From: a virus
Lineage: Duplodnaviria; Caudoviricetes
IMG/VR virus record: IMGVR_UViG_3300028633_000382
Span: 1-25,366 of that record
Strand: one strand, 5' to 3'
DNA length: 25,366 nt
Position numbers and translations under genes: made by a program. A model generated the notes under the pieces. It saw only the letters and a list, made by a program, of their open reading frames with translations. It had not been told where the DNA came from and ran no database searches. Positions 9,355 through 18,053 of the stretch are shown piece after piece (the stretch's first letter is position 1; each line of letters begins with the position of its first letter).

Positions 9355-12300
9355 CTAAGCAACAGTCTTATGAGTTAATTAAAACCACATTTACACAATC
9401 GTTTGATAAAGACAGATTTGCTCATTTTGTCAATGAGCTGCTAAATGGTTATGATCAATCGAAAGCAACTTCTTATACTGGTCAGATGGTGAAGCATGCC
9501 TTCAAAGAACATGTGAATCATTGCCATCGATTAGGCACTTATACGACTCCTCAGAAAGAAACTATCGATATCCTTACAGTTCATCTTACCAAGGACAGCA
9601 AACTTGAGAAAGCACGAACAGCGATAAGAAACTATGTAGCTTATCACCTTGACCAACATGGGAAAGATGCTGCATTGGTTGCGTTTGTTTCTCCCTCAGA
9701 AAAGCAGTGGAGATTCTCCTATGTGAAGCTTGAGTACAAAACCGTCACCAAAGATTCCGGTAAGATAGCTACTGATACATCCTTGACCCCCGCTCGGCGT
9801 TTTTCATACATTGTGGGGGAGGGAGAAAGCTGTCACACGGCACAAACTCGTTTTGTTGGATTATTGGAAAACACGCTACTAAAACCAAGTATCGAAGACA
9901 TTCAAGAATCATTCAGTGTGGAGACAGTTACAAAAGAGTTCTTTAATCAGTATGTAGTGCTGTTTAAGAGATTCTGCAGCGCTTTAGAATCAATAGTTAA
10001 AAAAGATTCAAACCTGCATAACGAGATTCAAAGGAAAAACATAAATCAAGTAGAGTTCGTAAAAAAACTCATGGGACAGATAGTATTCCTCTATTTTTTG
10101 CAACGCAAGGGATGGTTAGGCGTCCCCAAGGGTTCGAACTGGGGAGAAGGCCCCAAGGACTTTCTAAGAAAGCTTGCAAACAAAGAATATGTAGATTATG
10201 TTAATTTTCACAACGATGTGCTTCAACCTTTATTCTATGATACTTTAGCAACTGATCGTGGTCATGAAGCATGGTCTAAAATACTCAACTGCAGAATACC
10301 ATTTTTAAATGGTGGCCTCTTTGAACCGATGGGAGATTTCGATTGGAAACGCAACCCCATATCGCTGCCCAACAACCTGTTTAGTAATTCTACATATATT
10401 GACGAGCATGTTTATGGAACTGGGATACTCGACGTATTTGATCGATACAATTTTACTGTGAATGAAGCCGAACCACTAGAAAAAGAAGTTGCCATTGATC
10501 CTGAAATGCTTGGAAAGATATTCGAGAGCCTGATTGAAGAGAATCAGCGCAAAGGGCAGGGAGCTTTTTATACTCCAAGAGAAATTGTACATTTTATGTG
10601 TCAAGAGAGCTTAATCAATTACCTTGATAGTCAATTAAACAAGACAGCTGTAACGGTAAACAGAGACGATATAGTAACATTTATTCAGATTGGGGACCAT
10701 GCTGCTTTCTATGAGGCAGCCAGACTTTCCGGATACAGTAGTTACCTTCAAGAAATACCAGATAGCATTATAAACAATGCCAGGATCATTGATGACAAGC
10801 TAACCACAATAACTGTTTGTGATCCAGCGGTAGGTTCAGGAGCATTCCCCGTAGGTATGATGAAGGAAATAGTACGATGCCGCAGTGCTTTAACACCATA
10901 TTTTAATGATGTGCATGACAGGACTCCCTACAATTTCAAGCGCCATGCTATTCAAAGTAGCTTGTACGGAGCTGATATAGATCTTGGGGCAGTAGAAATA
11001 GCTAAGCTCAGATTATGGTTATCCTTAGTAGTTGACGAAGAGAACGTACAGCAGATTAAACCTTTACCTAATCTTGATTACAAGATAGTTGCTGGCAATT
11101 CGCTAATTGGTATTGAGATAGATGCTCTTAATGACTACATGACCGTACAAATCGAAAAAGAGAAAGACTCTTTATTCGATGAAACAGATGCAGATAAAAA
11201 GGCTGAACACAAAAAGACCATTGACGTTTTGATTAACACACTAACCCATGGGATGAAAGTTTTCGATTTCGAGCTATTTTTCTCCGAGGTGTTTCATAAA
11301 AAAGATGGTTTTGACGTGATAATAGCTAATCCTCCCTATGTAAAAGAACAGGGTCACAAAGAGATATTCAGGGAAGTCAAGAAGGGCAAACTACGCAAGT
11401 TTTACAATGGTAAAATGGACTTGTTCTACTTCTTCTTTCACCTGGCATTAAACTTAACAGCCGATAATGGGTCCATTGCATTCATTACTACGAATTATTT
11501 TCCCACAGCAACGGGGGCATCGGTATTGAGATCTGACTTTTTCAATAGAGCGTGTTTCTTGCGCTTAATAAATTTTTATGAACTCAAGATTTTTGAATCA
11601 GCTCTTGGGCAGCACAATATGGTGAGTATTTTAAAAAAGGCTTTCAATCCTACTGTGGTCTGTAATACCTGTATTACGCGGAGGAGGGGCATAGCAACCC
11701 CGGAAATCTTAAAAAACATCTTTTCTGGCACAGATAAAGAAACCGTTTATCATTCCATCCCACAGAAGAATTTATACGATGGCGAAGAGCACTATATCCG
11801 ATTAGAAAGCGATATTATGTTGTCGGGCGTCAATATCCATAGTATATTGACAAAACTGCAAAGAACGAGTGTTACGTTAGGGAGTGTGTGCCAAGTAAAC
11901 CAAGGAATAGTAAGTGGTTGTGATAGTGTTTCAAATAGAAATATGGATGCAATTTATGATACTGAAGTACAAAGAGGTGATGGAGTATTCGTTTTTGATT
12001 TAAACAACTCACGTGATCAAACGGTTATCTCATCATTCAACGAAGCAGAAAACGCACTGTTGAAACAATTCTTTAAGAATTCAAATATAGGGAAATATGT
12101 TTGCCATGATACTACGCCAAGGAAGATACTCTATCTGGACAGGAACGTCATGTCATTGGCCGATTTACCTAATATAAACAGACACTTATGCAAATTCGAG
12201 GATGTTTTGAACCAACGCAGAGAGGTTGTTAATGGGGTAATTTCTTATTTTCAACTGCAATGGCCTAGATCTATAGATATTTTTACTAGTCCTAAAATCG

Positions 12301-12767
12301 TGGTCCCTCAAAGATCCAGAAGAAATACATTTGCATATAATGAGGACGAATGGTTTAGTAGTGCAGATTGTTACTTCATTACGAAGGCAAACTATAACAT
12401 CAGCCTTAAATACGTTCTTGCGCTTCTGAACAGTAAAGTCTACTACATCTGGCTATATCATAAGGGCAAAAGGAAAGGCGAATTGCTCGAATTGTATGCA
12501 AAACCTCTTTCAGAAATCCCCATCAAACTTATTTCTCCAGAAGATCAGGAATTGTTTATCGAGTTAGTCGATGAGATTATACTAAGTAAGCAGGACGATT
12601 CTTCTGCTGATACATCCTCACTCGAAAATGAGATCGATCAATTAGTATACAAGCTATATGATTTTTCTCAAGAGGAGATTGATTTCGTGGAAAATGAGTA
12701 TCAACAGAAGATTGCAATTAGCATGAATGATTCGATTATTGCGGACTCAACAGAAGAGGATTTATAA
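9351..12767 (+). CDS. Eco57I/type IIG-like N6-adenine DNA methyltransferase with C-terminal TaqI-like target-recognition domain
   Basis: PFLNGGLF, LGKIFESL, GAFYTPREIV, DPAVGSGAF (SAM motif I), NPPY (motif IV), and C-terminal PKIVVP...LALLNS...IPIK...IDQLVYKLY. Start overlaps the helicase stop (ATGA). Confidence 0.9.
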   Translation: MTKQQSYELIKTTFTQSFDKDRFAHFVNELLNGYDQSKATSYTGQMVKHAFKEHVNHCHRLGTYTTPQKETIDILTVHLTKDSKLEKARTAIRNYVAYHLDQHGKDAALVAFVSPSEKQWRFSYVKLEYKTVTKDSGKIATDTSLTPARRFSYIVGEGESCHTAQTRFVGLLENTLLKPSIEDIQESFSVETVTKEFFNQYVVLFKRFCSALESIVKKDSNLHNEIQRKNINQVEFVKKLMGQIVFLYFLQRKGWLGVPKGSNWGEGPKDFLRKLANKEYVDYVNFHNDVLQPLFYDTLATDRGHEAWSKILNCRIPFLNGGLFEPMGDFDWKRNPISLPNNLFSNSTYIDEHVYGTGILDVFDRYNFTVNEAEPLEKEVAIDPEMLGKIFESLIEENQRKGQGAFYTPREIVHFMCQESLINYLDSQLNKTAVTVNRDDIVTFIQIGDHAAFYEAARLSGYSSYLQEIPDSIINNARIIDDKLTTITVCDPAVGSGAFPVGMMKEIVRCRSALTPYFNDVHDRTPYNFKRHAIQSSLYGADIDLGAVEIAKLRLWLSLVVDEENVQQIKPLPNLDYKIVAGNSLIGIEIDALNDYMTVQIEKEKDSLFDETDADKKAEHKKTIDVLINTLTHGMKVFDFELFFSEVFHKKDGFDVIIANPPYVKEQGHKEIFREVKKGKLRKFYNGKMDLFYFFFHLALNLTADNGSIAFITTNYFPTATGASVLRSDFFNRACFLRLINFYELKIFESALGQHNMVSILKKAFNPTVVCNTCITRRRGIATPEILKNIFSGTDKETVYHSIPQKNLYDGEEHYIRLESDIMLSGVNIHSILTKLQRTSVTLGSVCQVNQGIVSGCDSVSNRNMDAIYDTEVQRGDGVFVFDLNNSRDQTVISSFNEAENALLKQFFKNSNIGKYVCHDTTPRKILYLDRNVMSLADLPNINRHLCKFEDVLNQRREVVNGVISYFQLQWPRSIDIFTSPKIVVPQRSRRNTFAYNEDEWFSSADCYFITKANYNISLKYVLALLNSKVYYIWLYHKGKRKGELLELYAKPLSEIPIKLISPEDQELFIELVDEIILSKQDDSSADTSSLENEIDQLVYKLYDFSQEEIDFVENEYQQKIAISMNDSIIADSTEEDL

Positions 12768-12769
12768 CA

Positions 12770-13678
12770 ATGGCAAGTTCTGAGTGCCCAATATGTAAAG
12801 CGGACAACATAACGCTCGCAGCGCATAGTGGTGGAGCTGATAGATCGGTTATTGTTTGCCCTAACTGCGGGCGGTATGAGATTTCGGGTACAGCATACGC
12901 TACTTTCAGTAATAAAGTGAAAGACGCAAAACTCTCATTCGCAATCAGAACAAGGTTTTATAGAGATGAGCATGTTTATGTTAGCGCATCAAATAGGGAG
13001 GAGATATTGGCTGGCATCTTTGTTCCTGTTAAAGTCAAAGACATTGCAGAATTGGTTTTAGTTAAAGTCTTCACTGATGAAGATAACATATCTAAGGAGT
13101 TGGCGCTTTCAATGGAGAACGCTCTTCAGTTTGGTATTGAAAACGATACTAAAATGCAAATGGTACTAAATTACATTGAGAGCAAAGGTTGGTTCAAACT
13201 ACTTAGATTTTCTGGCGGTGGTGCGCATTTATCTTTAACTGGGGAAGGTATAAGTCATGCTGAGGACATTATAAACCCAAATTATGAATCAAAACAGGTT
13301 TTCGTAGCCATGTCGTTCAACCCTGAGTTAGATACATTATACTCCGATGCTATTCAAGAAGCTGTTAAGCACTGCCATCTAACTGCGTTAAGAAGCAAAG
13401 ACTTTGATTTTAACGATGAAGTAATCAAGAATATACAACTCCAAATAGACAGTAGTAGATTTGTAATTGCTGACTTCACAGACAATAGACCAGGTGTGTA
13501 TTACGAGGCTGGATATGCCACTGGTCGATATATTCCGGTTATATACTGCTGTAGGGAGAGCGACAAAGTGAACATACACTTTGACATAGACCACTTCAAT
13601 TTTATCTTCTGGAGTGACCTGGAAGGCTTGAAGAGTGATCTAATTAAGCGTATTACAAATACTAACCTATCAGGCTAG
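12770..13678 (+). CDS. Zn-ribbon + winged-helix-like + nucleoside 2-deoxyribosyltransferase (NDT)-like domain protein
   Basis: CPIC...CPNC at the N-terminus; LNYIESKGWF...LSLTGEG wHTH-like segment; C-terminal QVFVAMSF...SRFVIADFTDNRPGVYYEAGYA with the NDT-type catalytic Glu. Confidence 0.75.
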   Translation: MASSECPICKADNITLAAHSGGADRSVIVCPNCGRYEISGTAYATFSNKVKDAKLSFAIRTRFYRDEHVYVSASNREEILAGIFVPVKVKDIAELVLVKVFTDEDNISKELALSMENALQFGIENDTKMQMVLNYIESKGWFKLLRFSGGGAHLSLTGEGISHAEDIINPNYESKQVFVAMSFNPELDTLYSDAIQEAVKHCHLTALRSKDFDFNDEVIKNIQLQIDSSRFVIADFTDNRPGVYYEAGYATGRYIPVIYCCRESDKVNIHFDIDHFNFIFWSDLEGLKSDLIKRITNTNLSG

Positions 13679-13708
13679 TCAAATAATACAATTGGATGAG
13701 GAGTTAAA

Positions 13709-14152
13709 ATGGAGAGAACCGATCTGATTCTGCACGAATCTCCAGCTGTAATCAAGCACTTGGAGATTTTGCAAGGGATTATATCAAGAATGGCAGGAAA
13801 TAGTGCATCTTGCAAAACATGGGCTTTAACAATCATCACAGGCATAATTGCCTTTTCGATTCAAAATCAAAGTATACCAATCTGGACTAGCCTTATCCCA
13901 GCTATTATGTTCCTTGCACTGGATGTTTTTTACCTTGGATTGGAAATCAAGTTCAGGGACTTGCAGAAAGTATTCGTTCAAAAGTTATCCTCAAATACGC
14001 TTACTCCTGGTGACATTTATATGTTCGAAAATGACAGTTCATCCCACATTCACCTTAAATACATTTGGGGTGGTATTAGGTCATTTTCTACCTCATTCTT
14101 CTATTTTCCTATTGTAACGCTAATTGCTGTGTTGTGGATTATTGGTTTCTGA
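13709..14152 (+). CDS. Small multi-pass membrane protein (3 predicted TM helices), candidate effector of the adjacent TIR proteins
   Basis: GAGGAG RBS; amphipathic HLEILQGIISRMAGNS helix; hydrophobic segments WALTIITGIIAFSI, IWTSLIPAIMFLALDVFYLGL, FFYFPIVTLIAVLWIIGF. Confidence 0.7.
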   Translation: MERTDLILHESPAVIKHLEILQGIISRMAGNSASCKTWALTIITGIIAFSIQNQSIPIWTSLIPAIMFLALDVFYLGLEIKFRDLQKVFVQKLSSNTLTPGDIYMFENDSSSHIHLKYIWGGIRSFSTSFFYFPIVTLIAVLWIIGF

Positions 14153-14168
14153 TTCCAGGGAGATAAAC

Positions 14169-14657
14169 ATGCCTAAAAGACAAGTATTTTACAGCTTTCA
14201 CTATGCTAATGACGTTTTTAGAGTACAGCTTATTAGGAACATTGGTGTTATCGAAGATAATAAGCCCGTTTCAGAGAATAGTTGGGAGGATGTGAAGAGA
14301 AAGGGGGATGAAGGCATAAAGAAATGGATTAATGACAATATGTACTACCGCTCATGTGTTATAGTTCTTATCGGAGCAGAAACAGCTACCCGCAAATGGG
14401 TCAGGTATGAAATTAAAAAGGCATGGGTAGACAAAAAAGGGTTGCTGGGTATCTATATTCATAACCTGAATTGTCCTAGAAACGGAACATGCTCGAAGGG
14501 AGATAATCCTTTTGACCATTTTACCTTTCAAGATGGAACTAAACTATCAAGCAAAGTGAAATGCTATAATCCCAATCCTAATGCTCCATACAAAGATATC
14601 AGAGACAATCTGGAAGCATGGGTTGAAGAAGCCATTCAAGCTTCATATAGGAGGTGA
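14169..14657 (+). CDS. thsB: ThsB-like TIR-domain protein (MTH538/DUF1863 type), 162 aa
   Basis: AGGGAG RBS before ATG 14169; RQVFYSFHY..D, IKKWI, SCVIVLIGAETATRKWVRYEI (catalytic Glu), GLLGIYIH. Confidence 0.85.
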   Translation: MPKRQVFYSFHYANDVFRVQLIRNIGVIEDNKPVSENSWEDVKRKGDEGIKKWINDNMYYRSCVIVLIGAETATRKWVRYEIKKAWVDKKGLLGIYIHNLNCPRNGTCSKGDNPFDHFTFQDGTKLSSKVKCYNPNPNAPYKDIRDNLEAWVEEAIQASYRR

Positions 14658-15415
14658 TGGTGTATAGAGGATTTAACGTAAAAAATATTACGTTTAATGG
14701 CAATTATATTGATATTGGATTGCACCAACAAAAACAATATAAAACAATCATAGATAAAACTCTGGATAGCTTCATACTTGACAGTGGTAATTTGGACGGA
14801 TCGAAAATGCAGAGTGACTGGTTTCCAACAATTGATGCTGATATCTTTGTCTCTCATTCTCATAAAAATATGGATTTAGCATTAAGTTTTGCCGGTTGGT
14901 TAAAAGATAGGTTTGGTTTATCAACTTTTATTGACTCAAGTGTTTGGGGTTATTCCAATGATTTACTAAAGAAAATTGACGATAAATACTGCACAAGAAT
15001 AACAGATGGTCTTTATGATTACGAAAAACTAAAAGCTTCTTCAAGTCATGTTCACATGATGCTCGCTAGTGCACTAACAATGATGATTAATAAAGCAGAA
15101 TGCTTGTTCTTCTTGAACACCCCTAGTTCCTTATCTGTAGATAATATTAAGCAAAAAACAATGTCACCTTGGATATATTTTGAGTTAACGACTAGCAGGT
15201 TTATCAGAAAACCTATTCCAGAAAGGAGAATTCAAAAGGTAATAACAGAAGCATACGCTATCATCAAAAAAGCTGAATTGAACATAGAATACACAGTTGA
15301 TTTTTCGGACTTTATCACATTAGGTGCAGATGAACTCAAAGCGTGGTCTAACGGTATTGGCATAAAAGGGATTGAAACTTTAGATAAATTGTATGAGCTA
15401 CATCCTTTACACTAA
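14654..15415 (+). CDS. Second, divergent TIR-domain protein (true start may be 14657 or 14660)
   Basis: DIFVSHSHKN, LSTFIDS, ECLFFLNTPSS, SPWIYFEL (catalytic Glu); AGGAGG RBS at 14649-14654 overlapping the end of the first TIR gene. Confidence 0.82.
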   Translation: MMVYRGFNVKNITFNGNYIDIGLHQQKQYKTIIDKTLDSFILDSGNLDGSKMQSDWFPTIDADIFVSHSHKNMDLALSFAGWLKDRFGLSTFIDSSVWGYSNDLLKKIDDKYCTRITDGLYDYEKLKASSSHVHMMLASALTMMINKAECLFFLNTPSSLSVDNIKQKTMSPWIYFELTTSRFIRKPIPERRIQKVITEAYAIIKKAELNIEYTVDFSDFITLGADELKAWSNGIGIKGIETLDKLYELHPLH

Positions 15416-15422
15416 TCTTTAA

Positions 15423-16298
15423 TTAGACTATTGTAGTCGTCGTCCTGCACTTCCAATGAAATGGTGGGAACGGAGTATGTGCTCCAGATACGCCTACCGG
15501 GTTCATCTCTGAGTCGTATTCGATCTGATCGTCTTTGATCCAGGGTGCGAGTGCTTTGATGTAGTCTCTGGCATCATCCAGGCTGCTGGATTTGGTATCC
15601 AGAGCCATGAGATTATCCATCACTTCGATTGCATCGTTTAGGGGATAGATCTTATCCTGGGCAGCCAGTGCCCGGCAGATGTCACTGGTGCGGTCATCCA
15701 GGATCACCACGAGCTTGTAGTATCTGGCTTTGGCTTTCTTGTATCCCTGCAGCCTTCCGAACTCTCTGATTCTGAGTGCTGTGTGCTCAGCCAGTCCTTG
15801 CCAGTAGCTGGATGATCTATTGGCAATGTCATTGAACTGGTCTTTGAGAGTCTTGGCAAGCATCTCTTTGGTATAACCTTGCTCAATAGCTTTGGAGAGG
15901 GTATCTGCGAAGTTCTGACGTACATCAGCCTCGAAGTGATTCCCGATCCAGAACAACTGCTGCTTCTGAATGGTGGATGAGAGATGTTGATCTTCAATGC
16001 CCCAGAGTCCGATTGATGTCTTGGATGGTGCTTGCACTTGGGTGTCTCTCAGACCGAGACGCACACAGCGGTCTATTATCGCTTTGGTGGGCTCATTGAC
16101 CAGTGCTGCGAAGTCATCTCCCAACTGAGTATTGATGATGCCCATAAGCTTATCTATGGAGTCCTTGTTGAGCTTCTCGGCTCTTGGCATGTCACTCAGC
16201 ATCTGGATGGCAAGCCTGGCAGCATCCTTGATCTCGGTCTTCCAGGCATTATTGAGAACCCGGTAATAATCAAGCATGAGCTTATCGTAGTAGTTCAT
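15423..16298 (-). CDS. Phage head morphogenesis protein (Mu gpF / SPP1 gp7 family)
   Basis: ILDDRTSDICRAL and the C-terminal PPFHWKCRTT signature. Confidence 0.88.
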   Translation of the reverse strand: MNYYDKLMLDYYRVLNNAWKTEIKDAARLAIQMLSDMPRAEKLNKDSIDKLMGIINTQLGDDFAALVNEPTKAIIDRCVRLGLRDTQVQAPSKTSIGLWGIEDQHLSSTIQKQQLFWIGNHFEADVRQNFADTLSKAIEQGYTKEMLAKTLKDQFNDIANRSSSYWQGLAEHTALRIREFGRLQGYKKAKARYYKLVVILDDRTSDICRALAAQDKIYPLNDAIEVMDNLMALDTKSSSLDDARDYIKALAPWIKDDQIEYDSEMNPVGVSGAHTPFPPFHWKCRTTTTIV

Positions 16299-17851
16299 CA
16301 GAAGGAGAACCTCCGGACCTTAACTCTGTTCCTGCCTAAATCATATTCTGAGAACCGTTCCAGGCATCCTGCCAGAGCATCACAGCCATCGATATATCCA
16401 TCAGGGTAGGTGAGGAACTGGCTGATGAGAGTGGGAGTATCCTGTCCCTCCGGAAAGAGCACCTTGGCTGTCTCAATGATGGTCTCTGTCCTTTCTATTC
16501 TCAGGTTCTTGTTATCCTTGTTATCTATCCGCTTGATCCTATGCGATATTGGAGGCAGATGGTTGTCTTGTGCCCACCTGTCGAAATCAGCCAGGATTCG
16601 TGCCTGCCCATAGGTAGTTTCACAGGCAGCTCTGGCTTTGACTCTATATGTTCGATCAAGCTCCTGATAGGCATCATAGTAGTATCTGAAGAACTTGGTG
16701 TTCTCGGTTTGCCTTATCCAGGCATGGATCACGTAGAAACGATTACCATCATAGCCAATGGAGATGATGGCCTTGAAGCAGCCCTTCTCTCCCCAGGCTG
16801 GATCGGCATAGATCCAGACCCGCTTCATCTGGGATGGCTCTGGTAGAGATCTATACTTGGTGAACCAGTGGTTCTTGAAGATGTTACCTTCGATTACCGG
16901 CTGCCCAAGCATCTCTCTTTGATAACCGGTATGTCCGAACTTGGCTCGCAGGTTTGGCAGAGTTGCTGTGGGGTATTGAGCCTCCCAAGTGGACTTACCA
17001 TGCTGATCTTCGAGAGAGAAGCGCAAAATCGCTTTCTGGTGCGTTTTCAGAACCGATTGGTATCCCAAGTCCAAATCTGGATTATCGGCCCGCATTTCGC
17101 CTAATATGAGTTCCTGAAATTGGCAAATGGAGTAATTTGGATGTACCAGGTTACCGAGCCAGACGATCTTGCCATTTCCCTCCGGTGAGAGAGCTCCGGC
17201 AAGTTCCTGGGTAATCTTCTCCATGCGTCTCTTACCGATGGACTGGTTACCCATATTCTCTTCTTTATCGATGTCATCACAGACGATCATTCCGGGTCGC
17301 TTGGCAGTCTTGGGATTGATAGTCCCTCTATGACTCTGCTTGATGCTTCTGGCTCTGATCCTGGCTTTGTTCTTGAGATAGAAGTCCAGATCAAAGGCAT
17401 CCACAGGTTGCAGCTCCGGATAGTCGATGGTGAGCCGCTTGTTGTTCTGCAGCTCATGCAGAGTGAAAGCGGTGCGCTCTTGAGCCAGATCTATGTCTGC
17501 TGCAGTATGGATTACGTAGCGTTCACCTTTGATAATCATCCAGATCGGATAGACCACTCCCATGAGAACCGTTTTGCCCAGCCCACGAAAACCAGTGATG
17601 GCGATAATGCCTGAGCCCTTATCAGTCTCATCGAACATGGTCTCGTGCGCTGGGCAAAAAGGTAGCGGGAAGATATGCGGGAAATAGGTATGGCAGAAGA
17701 ACGAGAAGGCGTCCCATCCCTCTGATGTGGTGCGCCTTATCCGCTCAGTCTTGGCTTCAGGATTATCGTCTATAAAAGGCAAGACGGAGATCGTTTTGGA
17801 TGCGATCTCCGTCAGAGCCTTGTTATGCCGCTGAATGAACTTCTTAGGCAT
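16298..17851 (-). CDS. terL: Terminase large subunit
   Basis: Walker A GFRGLGKT, Walker B IVCDDID, coupling motif WLGN, YQREM, RNase-H-like YADPA...DGCDA. Confidence 0.9.
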   Translation of the reverse strand: MPKKFIQRHNKALTEIASKTISVLPFIDDNPEAKTERIRRTTSEGWDAFSFFCHTYFPHIFPLPFCPAHETMFDETDKGSGIIAITGFRGLGKTVLMGVVYPIWMIIKGERYVIHTAADIDLAQERTAFTLHELQNNKRLTIDYPELQPVDAFDLDFYLKNKARIRARSIKQSHRGTINPKTAKRPGMIVCDDIDKEENMGNQSIGKRRMEKITQELAGALSPEGNGKIVWLGNLVHPNYSICQFQELILGEMRADNPDLDLGYQSVLKTHQKAILRFSLEDQHGKSTWEAQYPTATLPNLRAKFGHTGYQREMLGQPVIEGNIFKNHWFTKYRSLPEPSQMKRVWIYADPAWGEKGCFKAIISIGYDGNRFYVIHAWIRQTENTKFFRYYYDAYQELDRTYRVKARAACETTYGQARILADFDRWAQDNHLPPISHRIKRIDNKDNKNLRIERTETIIETAKVLFPEGQDTPTLISQFLTYPDGYIDGCDALAGCLERFSEYDLGRNRVKVRRFSF

Positions 17852-17863
17852 AACCGGGTATCA

Positions 17864-17943
17864 CCCCAACCCCCAGCAAGCTGTTGGTTGGGGACCCCGA
17901 GTTTCCGGAAGGATCAGCGGAGCCGAGGGGATCGGCTCCGCTG
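17864..17943. repeat. Two GC-rich inverted repeats in the terS-terL spacer
   Basis: CCCCAACC-cc-CAGC-aa-GCTG-tt-GGTTGGGG (17864-17893) and the perfect 12-bp stem CAGCGGAGCCGA-gggga-TCGGCTCCGCTG (17915-17943). Confidence 0.8.
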
Positions 17944-18053
17944 TCAGGCAGGCAGGATGTCGTGGAGCAGGAGGAAGCAGCTCCACTCGTTGGAGGGTAG
18001 GCAGGATGGGTATGTAGGTGTGTTTGGAGGCAACCATGTCCGTGGCTGTAAAT

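Larger units (their letters stand above)
5910..15420 (+). other. AT-rich six-gene anti-phage defence cassette inside the prophage
   Basis: Opposite strand to all flanking phage genes; tightly coupled ORFs; clear composition shift (hand-counted sample lines: 14/60 GC at 14701-14760 vs 38/60 at 1501-1560); all products belong to defence-associated families. Confidence 0.88.

Noticed and set aside
6142-12767. Complete DISARM or BREX system
   Set aside because: No DrmA/DrmB (DUF1998) and no PglZ/BrxC-like genes are present in the cassette.
13709-14152. Type II Thoeris ThsA (TM-macro)
   Set aside because: At 147 aa and mostly membrane helices, there is no room for a macro domain.
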